A stretch of DNA of 47,018 nucleotides, taken from positions 1 to 47,018 of the forward strand of contig CAYNDR010000001.1 in NCBI GenBank assembly GCA_964395295.1, in the 5' to 3' direction. This DNA is from an uncultured Planctomycetales bacterium. Its GTDB lineage: Bacteria > Planctomycetota > MHYJ01 > JACPRB01. This document shows positions 1 to 8,902 of the stretch, piece after piece. The stretch's first letter is position 1. Each line of letters begins with the position of its first letter. The notes beneath the pieces were generated by a model. The model was not told the origin of the DNA. It saw only the letters and a program-made list of their open reading frames with translations, and searched no databases. The position numbers were made by a program, and so were the translations under genes.

Positions 1-1
1 G

Positions 2-583
2 CACTTCGAGGCGCTGCCGTCCGGCGAGGCCCCCGGGGAGCCCGCGCGCCCCGGCGAGCCGCGATGGGGGTCGGTCGTGAAGGCCGAGGGCCCCGGCCGG
101 TCGGCGGCCGCGGCCTACGCCGCGCCGGAGCCGGGGAGCGAGCTCTACGCGGCCTATCTCGTGCTCGTGATCCGGCTCTGGAAGCGGGCGGGGAACGCCT
201 TCCCGGTGATGTTCGCGCCGTTGGACAACCCCTCGACGCTGACCGTCGGCGTCCAGCCGAAGGACGGGGAAGCGGACGACGCGGCACTGGCCCGCATCGA
301 CGCCTTCGTGGCGGAGACGGTAACGCCGGCGCTGTCGCCCGGCGAGGCCGCGGCGGCGCTGAACGCCTTCGGATTCCTCCTGGGCCTCGTGGACCTCCCG
401 GACGCGGCACTGGCCGGGAATCCCTACGGCGTCGCCTTCTCCCTGGGACGGCGGCACCAGTTGGGACTCGATCCCGCGCGCCTGCGGGAGGCGATCAAGG
501 CCGTGAAGGAAGAAGACCTCCGCCGGGCGCGGGAGATATTCTCTCCCTCCCGCCGCGCCGCCGGCGTCGTCTCGCCGGGATAA
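2..583 (+). CDS. C-terminal part of an M16 (pitrilysin/insulinase)-family peptidase-like protein; the 5' end lies outside the window
   Basis: Frame 2 is open from nt 2 to TAA at 581-583; the track's 'M' at 77 is an internal GTG. Codon usage resembles the neighbours. The tail ...LDPARLREAIKAVKEEDLRRAREIFSP... resembles the end of M16 non-catalytic domains. The family call rests on motif memory only. Confidence 0.4.
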   Translation, partial: HFEALPSGEAPGEPARPGEPRWGSVVKAEGPGRSAAAAYAAPEPGSELYAAYLVLVIRLWKRAGNAFPVMFAPLDNPSTLTVGVQPKDGEADDAALARIDAFVAETVTPALSPGEAAAALNAFGFLLGLVDLPDAALAGNPYGVAFSLGRRHQLGLDPARLREAIKAVKEEDLRRAREIFSPSRRAAGVVSPG

Positions 584-673
584 TCCACATTTCGGGAAGT
601 TCCGCGGTCCCCGGGGAGTTCAAATTAGCGTGACCTTCGCGCGGCCGGGGAAGGAAATCTCAGGCGGGAGGGA

Positions 674-702
674 TTGAATCGTGCCTGCCGGACCAATAAA
701 AT
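674..702 (+). promoter_or_regulatory. sigma70-type promoter for the 726-1934 gene
   Basis: TTGAAT (674-679), a 17-nt spacer, then TAAAAT (697-702), about 24 nt upstream of ATG 726, in a locally AT-rich patch. Confidence 0.5.
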
Positions 703-725
703 ATGCGCGGGGTACGGCTTTGAAG

Positions 726-1934
726 ATGCACCTTCGATCGGCCGCCGCGGCCGCCTTGCTGGCTTTCTTCGCGGCGCAGGCCGCCGCCCAGGTCCCCCCC
801 GTCTCCGCCCCCTCCTGCGCCTACTGCGACCGGCGCCACCCCAACCACCGCAGCGACTGCCCCTACCCCAGCTGGCTGGATCACCAGGACTGGGAGGTGG
901 GGTACGCCTGGGTGAGCCTTTCCTTCCTCCCCCTGGTCCCCAACGTCGACCTCTACCGGTCCGCCCAGAAGGACCTGGCCCGTTTCAGCGATCTCGCCGA
1001 AGGGATATCCCCCGTCGGGATCGTCTTCACGTGCAACATCGGCGTGGACGGGCAGAAGAAGCCCCGCTGGGCGACCCAGTTCTATATGGGGGACCTCGCG
1101 GCCGGCGTCCAGTACATCGGCCAGGCGGGGCAGGATTCGTCCCGTGTCCCCTTCAATGGCCCCGAACTGGTCCGCCGGCGCGCCCAGTCCCCTTCCCACA
1201 GGCCGTTGAAGGCCCGCGTTGGGGATCGCGAGGCCTGGGTGATCGCGGACCAGGTCGGATTCATCGACCAGGCGTTCGCGACCCTGGAGATCTACCTCCA
1301 GGACCCCTTCTCGCCGCAGGTCCTGGCCGCCGCCTCCATCGACCAGGTCGTCCGGCCCGCCGCCGTCTGGATCGTCGCCCGTTCCGCTTCGCCGGAAGGG
1401 TGGCGTCCCCGCGCCGCCGACGTCCCCTACGTCCTCCAGGACCGCGTTTACCGGCTGGCCTCCTTCAGCCGGGAGGAGAACGGGGCGCTCTCCGCGTTCG
1501 AAGCCCGGCCGTGGGAAATCCCGTTGGTCGAGGACCTCTTCGACGGCGCGGACAGCGAAGCCTACGTCGCGCCCCGGCAGGGGCCGGCCGGCCCGGCCGC
1601 CCAGCAGTTCGGCGAGCTTCGCGTGAAGATGGAGGCGGCCTTCAACGACAAGCTGATCGAGTGGAAGTCGGCCGAGATGCCCAAGCGGATCGCCGCCTCG
1701 AAGCCCGAGGACCTCGCGAAGCTCGCCGTCCGGCTGGAGAAGGCCCTGCTCAGGCTCGACCTCAGGGCCAGGCAGCTCAAGGACGCGGCCGACGAGGATG
1801 CCCGCCAGGCCAACCCGCAGGCGGGGGCCGCGAAGGCCCCGCCGAAGGCGCTCGACCGGGCGCACCTCCTGGAGCAGCGCAAGACGATCCTCGCGGTCAT
1901 CCTGGGCGCGGTCAAGCGCGCCGGGACCGGGTAG
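726..1934 (+). CDS. exported hypothetical protein (signal peptide, Cys/His-rich N-terminal segment, C-terminal coiled-coil-like region)
   Basis: The ORF runs 681-1934. ATG 726 gives MHLRSAAAAALLAFFAAQAAAQ, a signal-peptide-like start. It contains CAYCDRRHPNHRSDCPYPSW and has a Lys/Glu/Ala-rich helical tail. I recognise no family. Confidence 0.6.
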   Translation: MHLRSAAAAALLAFFAAQAAAQVPPVSAPSCAYCDRRHPNHRSDCPYPSWLDHQDWEVGYAWVSLSFLPLVPNVDLYRSAQKDLARFSDLAEGISPVGIVFTCNIGVDGQKKPRWATQFYMGDLAAGVQYIGQAGQDSSRVPFNGPELVRRRAQSPSHRPLKARVGDREAWVIADQVGFIDQAFATLEIYLQDPFSPQVLAAASIDQVVRPAAVWIVARSASPEGWRPRAADVPYVLQDRVYRLASFSREENGALSAFEARPWEIPLVEDLFDGADSEAYVAPRQGPAGPAAQQFGELRVKMEAAFNDKLIEWKSAEMPKRIAASKPEDLAKLAVRLEKALLRLDLRARQLKDAADEDARQANPQAGAAKAPPKALDRAHLLEQRKTILAVILGAVKRAGTG

Positions 1935-1961
1935 GGCCGGCGCCGGGGCGTCTCGAAGAGG

Positions 1962-1989
1962 TTGACGGGGGCCGCGTTTGGCTTAGAAT
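1962..1989 (+). promoter_or_regulatory. sigma70-type promoter for the GH2-like gene
   Basis: TTGACG (1962-1967), a 16-nt spacer, then TAGAAT (1984-1989), about 40 nt upstream of ATG 2031. Confidence 0.45.
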
Positions 1990-2030
1990 CCCATCGTGCC
2001 CGTTCCGCGGCTGCTTTTCAGGATTCGGCC

Positions 2031-4190
2031 ATGATGACGCGATCCCTCTTCGCCCTCGCGCTCCTTTCCGCGTGCTCCTCCCCCGCGCCGTCTCCGATGG
2101 GGGCCTCCCATCCCGTCCTGCCCTTCCGCCGGGTGATCCGCCTGGACGGGATCTGGCAGGTCCAGCAGGGAGCCCTCGGCGAGGTCCCGAAGGAATTCGC
2201 CGCCACGGTCCCCGTCCCGGGCTTGGTGGACATGGCCCGCCCCGCCTTCCAGGACGTGGGGAAGAAGAGCCCGCTCCGGCAGGCCTTCTGGTACCGCCGC
2301 GCCTTCACGGTCGAAGGCAGGCCCGCGGACTTCGCGGTCCTCAAGATCCACAAGGCCCGCTACGGCACGAAGGTCTGGCTCGACGGGCAGGCCGCGGCGG
2401 AGCCCCTCCCGTGCTTCACCCCCGCCCTCCTGGGCGGCGGGAGCCTCCTCCGGTGCGGGGGACAGGAGAACGAGATCGTCGTCCGCGTGGGCGCCGACCG
2501 CGAGTCCATCCCCCAGGACATGCCCACCGGCTGGGACTTCGAGAAGTACCTCTACATCCCGGGGATCTACGACTCCGTGGACCTGATCCTCACCGGCGCG
2601 CCCCACCTCCGCAACGTCCAGGTCGTGCCCGACGTGGAGGCGAAGTCCGTGCGGCTCGTGGCCGAGGTCGAGGCGGGCGAAGGCCCGAGCCCGGGCTTCA
2701 CCCTCTCGGCCAGGGTAACGCCCGCGAAGTCGCCAGGCACGGTCGCGGCGCAGAAGTCCGCCCCCCAGCCGGCGATGAAGATGGGCGAGGTCGCCAAGTG
2801 CGATATGACCCTCCCCCTCCCGGACGGCCGCCTCTGGTCGCCCGAGGATCCGTTCCTCTATGCCCTCCATCTCTCCACGGGCGGCGATTCCATGGAGGTC
2901 CGCTTCGGGATGCGCTCGTTCCGCTTCGATCCGGAGTCGAAGCGGGCGGTCCTGAACGGGAAGCCCTATTTCATGCGCGGGACGAACGTCTGCATCTACC
3001 GCTTCTTCGAGGACGCCGAGCGGGGCGACCGGCCGTGGCGCGAGGAATGGGTCCGCCGGCTCCTCGGGAAGTTCAAGGCGATGAACTGGAACTCGATGCG
3101 CTGGTGCATCGGCTTCCCCCCCGAGTTCTGGTACGACATCGCCGACGAGGAGGGGTGGCTCATCCAGGACGAGTTCCCGATCTGGCTGCTGGACAAGGCG
3201 CCCGAGAACCCGAAGGCGGAGAAGATCATCCCGGAATACACGGAGTGGATGCGCGAGCGGTGGAACCACCCGTGCGTGGTGATCTGGGACGGGCAGAACG
3301 AGAGCTTCACGCCCGAGACGGGCAAGGCCATCCAGGCGGCGCGGCCGCTCGACCTCTCCAACCGCCCGTGGGAGAACGGCTGGTCGGAGCCGCAGGCCCC
3401 CACCGATTGCGTGGAGGCGCACCCCTACCTCATGATCGGCCTCTTCAATCCCGCCTGGGCGGGGGGCCGGAAGTTCGCCGGCATGAAGGACATGAAAGGG
3501 GTCTCGGGGATCCCCGACCTGAACGCCCGCCAGAAGAAGCTCAAGGTCCCGATCATCATCAACGAGTACGCATGGCTGTGGCTCAACCGCGACGTGACCG
3601 CCACCTGCCTCACCGGATCGGTCTACGAGAAACTGCTCGGGCCCAACTCCACGGCCGACGAGCGGCGCCGGCTCTACGCCCGGTGCCTCGCCGCCAAGAC
3701 CGAGTTCTGGCGGGCCCATCGCGAGTGCGCGGGGGTGCTCCACTTCTGCGGCCTGGGCTACTCGCGCTCGGGCGACAAGCCGCGGCCCGAGGGCGGCGCC
3801 ACGAGCGACCACTTCATCGACCTCGAACGGCTGACGTTCGAGCCGTACTTCGAGGAGTATCTCCGCGAGGCGTTCAGCCCGGTGGGGATGATGGCGGACT
3901 TCTGGGACGAGGAGCTGCCGTGCGGTTCGATCCGGCCGTTCAAGGTCACCGTCGTCAACGACCTCGACCGGGACTGGGCGGGCCTCGTGTGGGTGACCGT
4001 CCGCAAGGACGGCCGGGCGGTCTCGGAGAAGTCCCAGGCCTGCGCCGTCCCCGCGCTCGGCCGGGGCGTCCTTTCGTTCGAGGTCGCCGCCCCCGCCGAG
4101 CCGGGGGCGTATACCCTCCAGGCGGACCTGAAGGACGCCGGGGGGCGCCTGATCCGGAGCCGCCGGGAGTTCAAGGCCGTGAAGGAGTAG
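2031..4190 (+). CDS. glycoside hydrolase family 2-like lipoprotein (beta-mannosidase / beta-galactosidase-type fold)
   Basis: ATG ATG at 2031 gives MMTRSLFALALLSAC (lipobox-like). The N-terminal sugar-binding-domain pattern is present (WYRRAFTVEG...LKIHKARYGTKVWLDG). The TIM-barrel segment reads NWNSMRWCIGFPPEFWYDIADEEGWLIQDEFP ... VVIWDGQNES, with NE acid/base-like residues. Confidence 0.75.
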   Translation: MMTRSLFALALLSACSSPAPSPMGASHPVLPFRRVIRLDGIWQVQQGALGEVPKEFAATVPVPGLVDMARPAFQDVGKKSPLRQAFWYRRAFTVEGRPADFAVLKIHKARYGTKVWLDGQAAAEPLPCFTPALLGGGSLLRCGGQENEIVVRVGADRESIPQDMPTGWDFEKYLYIPGIYDSVDLILTGAPHLRNVQVVPDVEAKSVRLVAEVEAGEGPSPGFTLSARVTPAKSPGTVAAQKSAPQPAMKMGEVAKCDMTLPLPDGRLWSPEDPFLYALHLSTGGDSMEVRFGMRSFRFDPESKRAVLNGKPYFMRGTNVCIYRFFEDAERGDRPWREEWVRRLLGKFKAMNWNSMRWCIGFPPEFWYDIADEEGWLIQDEFPIWLLDKAPENPKAEKIIPEYTEWMRERWNHPCVVIWDGQNESFTPETGKAIQAARPLDLSNRPWENGWSEPQAPTDCVEAHPYLMIGLFNPAWAGGRKFAGMKDMKGVSGIPDLNARQKKLKVPIIINEYAWLWLNRDVTATCLTGSVYEKLLGPNSTADERRRLYARCLAAKTEFWRAHRECAGVLHFCGLGYSRSGDKPRPEGGATSDHFIDLERLTFEPYFEEYLREAFSPVGMMADFWDEELPCGSIRPFKVTVVNDLDRDWAGLVWVTVRKDGRAVSEKSQACAVPALGRGVLSFEVAAPAEPGAYTLQADLKDAGGRLIRSRREFKAVKE

Positions 4191-4193
4191 GGA

Positions 4194-5042
4194 TTACTCC
4201 CGGCGGTGCTTGAGAAGGACGTCCTCGTGCCCCGACTTCGTGCTGTGGGGGCACTTGGGAGTCTTGCCGGGGAAGATGTCGTATGTCTTGTCGGCCTCCT
4301 CGCAGAAGTACTGGCTGATCAACTTGGGCATCGCCGTGCCGGAGGCGAGGGCGGCGCTCCACTCCCGGCAGGAGTCGTGCTGGGCCCCGGTGATCTTGGA
4401 GAGCGTTCCCAGGATTTTCGGGACCAGCGCCGCCAGCGCTTTGTCCTTGTTCCGGTTCTCCGTCCGCCCGCCGCCTCCTCCGCCGAAGGCCCCGCCGCCG
4501 AAATCCTCGAAGAAATCCGGCTTCCGGGCCTCCGTCTCGGCCCTCTTGAGGAAGGCCACGAGCGCCGGCGCCGCCTCGGGGCACCCGATGGCCACGAGCG
4601 CCTTGAAGACGTCCTCGGCGAGCGATGATTTCCCCGGAAGGATCGCCGTCAGGATCGGGATCGAGGCGCACATGTCCAGCTCGCCCAGGGCCCCGATGAG
4701 GAACTTGACGAGGTCTTCGTTGCCCCCGCTCGCCTGGATGGCGTTGCCCAGGGCCTTGGCGCAGACCGGCTTGCGGTGGAGGAGGATCGCCTTCGCGGCC
4801 GCCCGGCGGACGGCCTCCGTGTCGGAGGTCATCTTCTCAATGAGGAGCGAGCGGGCGTCGCTCTCCCGGATCCCCCCCAGCTCCTGGAGCGCCCGGATCC
4901 GGGCGGCCTCGCCCCCGGAGGAGAGATCCTTGCGGAGTTCGTTGATCCTGGCCTTCCGCGCCTTGGCGGCCTCGGCGGGATCTTCGTCGTCCTGGATCCC
5001 GAGCGCCAGGACCAGGAGGACGATGGAGCCGGCTTTCAGCAT
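4194..5042 (-). CDS. HEAT/armadillo-repeat protein with N-terminal membrane anchor or signal, Gly-rich linker and C-terminal Cys/His cluster
   Basis: Starts MLKAGSIVLLVLALG. Repeated motifs ARIRALQELGGI / AVRRAAAKAILL / ALVAIGCPEAAPALV are typical of HEAT_2-type repeats. A FGGGAFGGGGGG linker is present. The tail has C..C..CPH..H. Confidence 0.6.
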   Translation of the reverse strand: MLKAGSIVLLVLALGIQDDEDPAEAAKARKARINELRKDLSSGGEAARIRALQELGGIRESDARSLLIEKMTSDTEAVRRAAAKAILLHRKPVCAKALGNAIQASGGNEDLVKFLIGALGELDMCASIPILTAILPGKSSLAEDVFKALVAIGCPEAAPALVAFLKRAETEARKPDFFEDFGGGAFGGGGGGRTENRNKDKALAALVPKILGTLSKITGAQHDSCREWSAALASGTAMPKLISQYFCEEADKTYDIFPGKTPKCPHSTKSGHEDVLLKHRRE

Positions 5043-5146
5043 GGCACTGACCCCTTCTCCTTATGGAACGCCTCCGGAGGGCGTCCGGAGCGTTGAAGTA
5101 TAAAGTCCCGGGCGAGGGGGCCCGGGCGATTGGAGGAGGACCGGCC

Positions 5147-6049
5147 ATGAGGACCCCGAAGCTGTCCCGGCGCGAGTTCCTGGCCGCGGGCGCGGTCCTC
5201 GCGGATTCCCGCGGGCTGCTCGCGGAGCCCCTCCACCTCTCCACCAACTCGTACTCCTGGCACGTCTACTACCAGCGGGAGAAGAAGAACTTCGGGGCCG
5301 ACCTCGATGCCGGGCTGGCCGACGTCGCGAAGAGCGGCCTCAACGGCTACGAGCCCGGGATCGGCGGGTCCGGCGAGATCGACCGCCTCGCGCCGCTCCT
5401 CAAGAAGCACGGCCTCGAGATGCGCTCCATCTACTGCGGCAGTGTCATGCACGAGGCCGCCCAGGCCGAGAAGAGCATCGAGCGCATCGTCGCCGTGGCC
5501 GAGAAGGCGAAGACCGTGGGGACGAAGATCATCGTCACCAATCCCAACCCGATCGGGAAGGCCAAGACCGACGACCAGCTCAAGACGCAGGCGGAGGCCC
5601 TCCAGAAACTCGGGGAGAAGCTCTCCGGGATGGGGATGGTCCTCGCCTACCACAACCACGACCCGGAGATGCGCCAGGAGGGGCGCGAGTTCCACTCCGT
5701 GATGAAGGGGACCGACCCCAAGGCGGTGACGCTCTGTCTCGACGCCCACTGGGTCTGGCGCGGCTCGGGCAACTCGTCCAAGGTGCTCTCCGAGGCGGCG
5801 AAGCTCTACGGGGCGCGGGTGAGCGAGCTCCACATCCGCCAGTCGTCGGGGGGCGTCTGGTCGGAGACGCTGGGGGAGGGGGACATCGACTACCCGGCGC
5901 TGGTCGGGCAGATCGCCGAGGCGAAGGCGAAGCCGCTCCTCGTGCTGGAGATCGCGGTGGAGAAGGGGACCCCGAACACGATGGACTCGGTGGAGGCGCA
6001 CAAGCGGAGCGCCGAGTACGCGCGGAAGGTCTTCGCGCCGCTGGGGTAG
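5147..6049 (+). CDS. xylose-isomerase-like TIM-barrel protein (sugar phosphate isomerase/epimerase family) with twin-arginine signal
   Basis: GGAGGAGGA lies upstream of ATG 5147. The start MRTPKLSRREFLAAGAVLA is Tat-motif-like (RREFL). The body has the pattern of AP-endonuclease-2 / xylose isomerase-like barrels (LAYHNHDPEM, LDAHW, ELHIRQ). Confidence 0.7.
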   Translation: MRTPKLSRREFLAAGAVLADSRGLLAEPLHLSTNSYSWHVYYQREKKNFGADLDAGLADVAKSGLNGYEPGIGGSGEIDRLAPLLKKHGLEMRSIYCGSVMHEAAQAEKSIERIVAVAEKAKTVGTKIIVTNPNPIGKAKTDDQLKTQAEALQKLGEKLSGMGMVLAYHNHDPEMRQEGREFHSVMKGTDPKAVTLCLDAHWVWRGSGNSSKVLSEAAKLYGARVSELHIRQSSGGVWSETLGEGDIDYPALVGQIAEAKAKPLLVLEIAVEKGTPNTMDSVEAHKRSAEYARKVFAPLG

Positions 6050-6127
6050 GCCGGCCGGCGGCGAGTAAGGCATGCTTTCCCCGGCGTTCGACGTTAGGAT
6101 GAAGGTTGCCCCAGAGGGAGGACGCCC

Positions 6128-6424
6128 ATGTTCGCGGTCATCGTCCGGATGGAGGCGCGTCCCGAGAAGGTCGACGCGCTCGTGGCCCTGGCCACGCACA
6201 ACGCCGGGGAGTCCCGGAAGGAGCCCGGGAACCTCCAGTTCGACTTCCTGCGCTCGCCCGAGAACCCCCTCAAGTTCGCCCTCGTGGAGGTCTACCGGGA
6301 CGAGGCGGCCTTCAAGGAGCACCAGAAGACCGCCCACTACGCCCGGTGGAAAGAGGAGATCGCCGGCCTGCTCGCCCAGCCGCGGGTGAGCGACAAGTAC
6401 GAGGTCCTCACGTCGGGGAAGTAG
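6128..6424 (+). CDS. antibiotic-biosynthesis-monooxygenase (ABM, YgiN-like) family protein
   Basis: 98 aa, with GGGAGGA upstream. FAVIVRMEARPEKVDALVAL...EPGNLQFDF...LVEVYRDEAAFKEHQKTAHY is the classic ferredoxin-like ABM pattern. Confidence 0.75.
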   Translation: MFAVIVRMEARPEKVDALVALATHNAGESRKEPGNLQFDFLRSPENPLKFALVEVYRDEAAFKEHQKTAHYARWKEEIAGLLAQPRVSDKYEVLTSGK

Positions 6425-6426
6425 AC

Positions 6427-7578
6427 ATGAAGTTCTCGTTCCGCACGCCGGAGATCGTCTTCGGCGCGGGCGAGGCCCGCCGCGCGCCGGAGATCGCCGC
6501 GCGGTTCGGGCGGCGCGTCTTCCTCGTCCTCGGGGCCCCCGCGCTGGGAAACCTGCCCTTCGTCCGGGCGTTCCGGGACGCCGTCCGCTTCGATGTCGCT
6601 CGGGAGCCGGACATCCGCTCGGTGGACGAGGCCGCCCGCCTCTGCATCGACGGGAAGTGCGAGGTCGTGGCGGCGGTCGGGGGAGGGAGCTCGATCGACA
6701 CGGGCAAGGCGGTCGCGGCGCTCGCCACGAACGTCGGCGTGGCGCTCGACTACCTCGAAGGGGTGGGCGCCGGCCGCGCCGTCGAAAGGCCGCCGCTCCC
6801 TTTCGTGGCGATCCCCACCACGGCCGGGAGCGGCGCGGAGGCCACGTGGAACGCCGTGATCCGCGTGCCGGAGAAGGGGGTCAAGCGGAGCATGCGGAGC
6901 GAGGCGCTGATCCCGCGGGTGGCGGTCGTGGACCCGGAGCTGGCGGCGGGCGCGCCGAGGGAGGTGGCGGCCTCGGCCGGGCTGGACGCGCTCACGCACC
7001 TCGCGGAGGCCTATGTCTCGACGGGCGCGCAGCCGTTCACGGACGCGCTGGCGATCCCGGGCCTCCGGAAGGCGGCGCGGGGGCTCCGCGCGCTGGCCCG
7101 GGGGGAACAGGATCCGGAGGCGCGGGACGGGATGTCGCTGGCGGCGCTCTGGGGCGGGATCTGCCTCGCCCACGCGGGGCTCGGGGTGGTGCACGGCCTC
7201 GTGGCGCCGCTGGGGGGGAGGGGCGACATCCCCCATGGCGCCGCGTGCGCGTGCCTCCTGCCGATCGGCGCGGCGATGAACGTGGAGGCGCTCCGGGCGC
7301 GCGATCCGGGGGGGCCGGCGCTGGGGCGCTACGCCGAGATCGCCGCGGCGCTCGGGGCGGACCCCGCCACGCCCGAGGGGGCCGTGCGGCAGTTCGCGGC
7401 GCTCCGCCGGGAGCTGGGCGTGAAGCCGCTCTCCGCCTGCGGGGTGAAGGCGGAGGAGATCGGCCCGATCGTGGCGGCCTCGCGGGGGGGGAGCATGAAG
7501 TACAATCCGGTCGAGCTCACGGACGCGGACCTGGAGCGCCTTCTCCGCGCCGCGCTCGCCGAGCCCGCCAATCCCTGA
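6427..7578 (+). CDS. iron-containing (group III) alcohol dehydrogenase family protein
   Basis: ATG 6427 lies 2 nt after the ABM stop. Motifs present: AVGGGSSIDTGKA, AIPTTAGSGAEAT, DALTHLAEAY and HGLVAPLGG..IPHG. The track's 6106 start is an out-of-context N-terminal extension overlapping the ABM gene. Confidence 0.8.
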   Translation: MKFSFRTPEIVFGAGEARRAPEIAARFGRRVFLVLGAPALGNLPFVRAFRDAVRFDVAREPDIRSVDEAARLCIDGKCEVVAAVGGGSSIDTGKAVAALATNVGVALDYLEGVGAGRAVERPPLPFVAIPTTAGSGAEATWNAVIRVPEKGVKRSMRSEALIPRVAVVDPELAAGAPREVAASAGLDALTHLAEAYVSTGAQPFTDALAIPGLRKAARGLRALARGEQDPEARDGMSLAALWGGICLAHAGLGVVHGLVAPLGGRGDIPHGAACACLLPIGAAMNVEALRARDPGGPALGRYAEIAAALGADPATPEGAVRQFAALRRELGVKPLSACGVKAEEIGPIVAASRGGSMKYNPVELTDADLERLLRAALAEPANP

Positions 7579-7583
7579 GGCCG

Positions 7584-8870
7584 TTACTTCCCGGCCTCGG
7601 CCACCCGCACCGTCGTGGAGAGGCTGAATTTGAGGGCCCCCTCCGCGAAGTCCGCCTCGCCGAAGAGGGCCGCGCATCCCTCGGCCGGGCGGTCGATCGC
7701 GGCGACGAAGGCCGGGCCGTCCGCCGCGGCCGGGACCGGTTCCCACTTCGCCTTGCGGAAATCGCGGGTGGGCGCCCGAGCCGTCCACAGGCGCGCCGCC
7801 GCAGGGGCCTCGTCGCAGGTCATCGTGACCGCGAGCTTCCCTTCCTTCTCGCCGTGCTTCCACCGCAGGGGCGGCAGCTTCCGCCCCGCGCCGAGGCGCC
7901 GGACGAAGGCCACCCGGGCGTTGGCCGACCGGTCGTCCAGGCCGATCCCGTGCCCGCCGTTGGGGACGTAGACGACCGCCTTCTCCCCCTTGAGGCCGTC
8001 CCAGTAGAGCTTGATGGAGTCGCACGGCCAGTAGGGATCGTTCGTCCCGTTGAGGATCAGCTTGGGGACCCGCTCCAGGCGGTCGCGGAAGGCGTACGGG
8101 TCCACCCCGTCGACCAGCTTGCGGCCGGCGTCCGTCTCGATCAGCCCCTGGAGGTTGCGCCGCGTGTAGTCGGCGATCTGGTCGCTGTACCGCCCCCACG
8201 TGGCGATCTGGTTTTTCATCTGGGGCCCGAAGTTCAGGTTGTCGAAGACGAGCGGGGCGATGCCGGCCACGCGCGGATCGGCCGCCCCCGTCAGCCAGGT
8301 CGTCCACCCCCTCTTGGACGCCCCCGTCACGACGAACCGCTTCACCTCCGCGTCCCATTCCTTCCGGCTCAGCTCCTGGACCGCGTCCATCGCCTTCACC
8401 GCCGACTTGACCATGGGAAAGAGGAGGGGCCACTCTTCGTCTCCCGATTTCAGGTACTCCTGGAAGGTGTGGGCGAGGAGGTCGTCTTCGCGCAGGCCCC
8501 CGAAGAGGGGCTGGTTGGGGACGCCGTAGAGGACGGCGAAGGGGACGCCCAGGGCGCGGGCGGCGCCGATCCCGGTGGCCTTGTCCTTGTCGCCGGCGTG
8601 CCCGCCCGTGACGAGGAGGGCGGCGAAGCTGGGGACCTCCGGCTTCGCGGGGCGGAAGATGCGGACGTCATGCTTCCAGGGGATGCCGCGCCAGACCTGG
8701 GAGGTGAGGGCGAGGGTGACGACGTGGACGTCCTCGACCGTCTCCTCCGACTTCTTTTCCCACTTGGCCTCGGGTTCCGGCCGCTTCAGGTACCCGTCGA
8801 GGTCGGCCCAGGCGGGGATGGGGAGCGAGAGCAGTGCGAGGGAGATCCAGCAGGCGCGTGGAGTCGTCAT
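7584..8870 (-). CDS. PhoPQ-activated pathogenicity-related (PqaA-type) alpha/beta-hydrolase-like exported protein
   Basis: ATG at 8870 gives MTTPRACWISLALLSLPIPAWA (signal peptide). VVTGASKRGWTTWLTGAADPRV and NGTNDPYWP match the PqaA-family pattern. It lies 32 nt downstream of the FAH gene on the same strand. Confidence 0.65.
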   Translation of the reverse strand: MTTPRACWISLALLSLPIPAWADLDGYLKRPEPEAKWEKKSEETVEDVHVVTLALTSQVWRGIPWKHDVRIFRPAKPEVPSFAALLVTGGHAGDKDKATGIGAARALGVPFAVLYGVPNQPLFGGLREDDLLAHTFQEYLKSGDEEWPLLFPMVKSAVKAMDAVQELSRKEWDAEVKRFVVTGASKRGWTTWLTGAADPRVAGIAPLVFDNLNFGPQMKNQIATWGRYSDQIADYTRRNLQGLIETDAGRKLVDGVDPYAFRDRLERVPKLILNGTNDPYWPCDSIKLYWDGLKGEKAVVYVPNGGHGIGLDDRSANARVAFVRRLGAGRKLPPLRWKHGEKEGKLAVTMTCDEAPAAARLWTARAPTRDFRKAKWEPVPAAADGPAFVAAIDRPAEGCAALFGEADFAEGALKFSLSTTVRVAEAGK

Positions 8871-8902
8871 GTTCGAAAGCCTGCCATGGGGGACCTCACC
8901 TT

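Noticed and set aside
601-640. GAGTTCAAATT, resembling a tRNA T-loop.
   Set aside because: No complementary T-stem, acceptor stem or anticodon arm can be drawn around it.
674-4213. 1179-aa plus-strand ORF, together with similar giants: 660-1865(-), 1983-3812(-), 6337-8433(-), 6657-9215(+), 11046-13802(+), 17879-20806(-), 19579-21216(+), 21291-23663(-), 21557-24022(+), 23923-25938(-).
   Set aside because: Their translations are monotonous Arg/Pro/Gly/Ala strings with no motifs. They overlap, in other frames or antisense, genes that have clear family signatures. Long stop-free alternate frames are expected at this GC content.
5099-5120. ATAAAGTCCCGGGCG, resembling the RNase P RNA GGAAAGUCCGGGC (P4) motif.
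   Set aside because: It sits in a 104-nt divergent intergenic region, far too short for RNase P RNA, and there are no other conserved elements.
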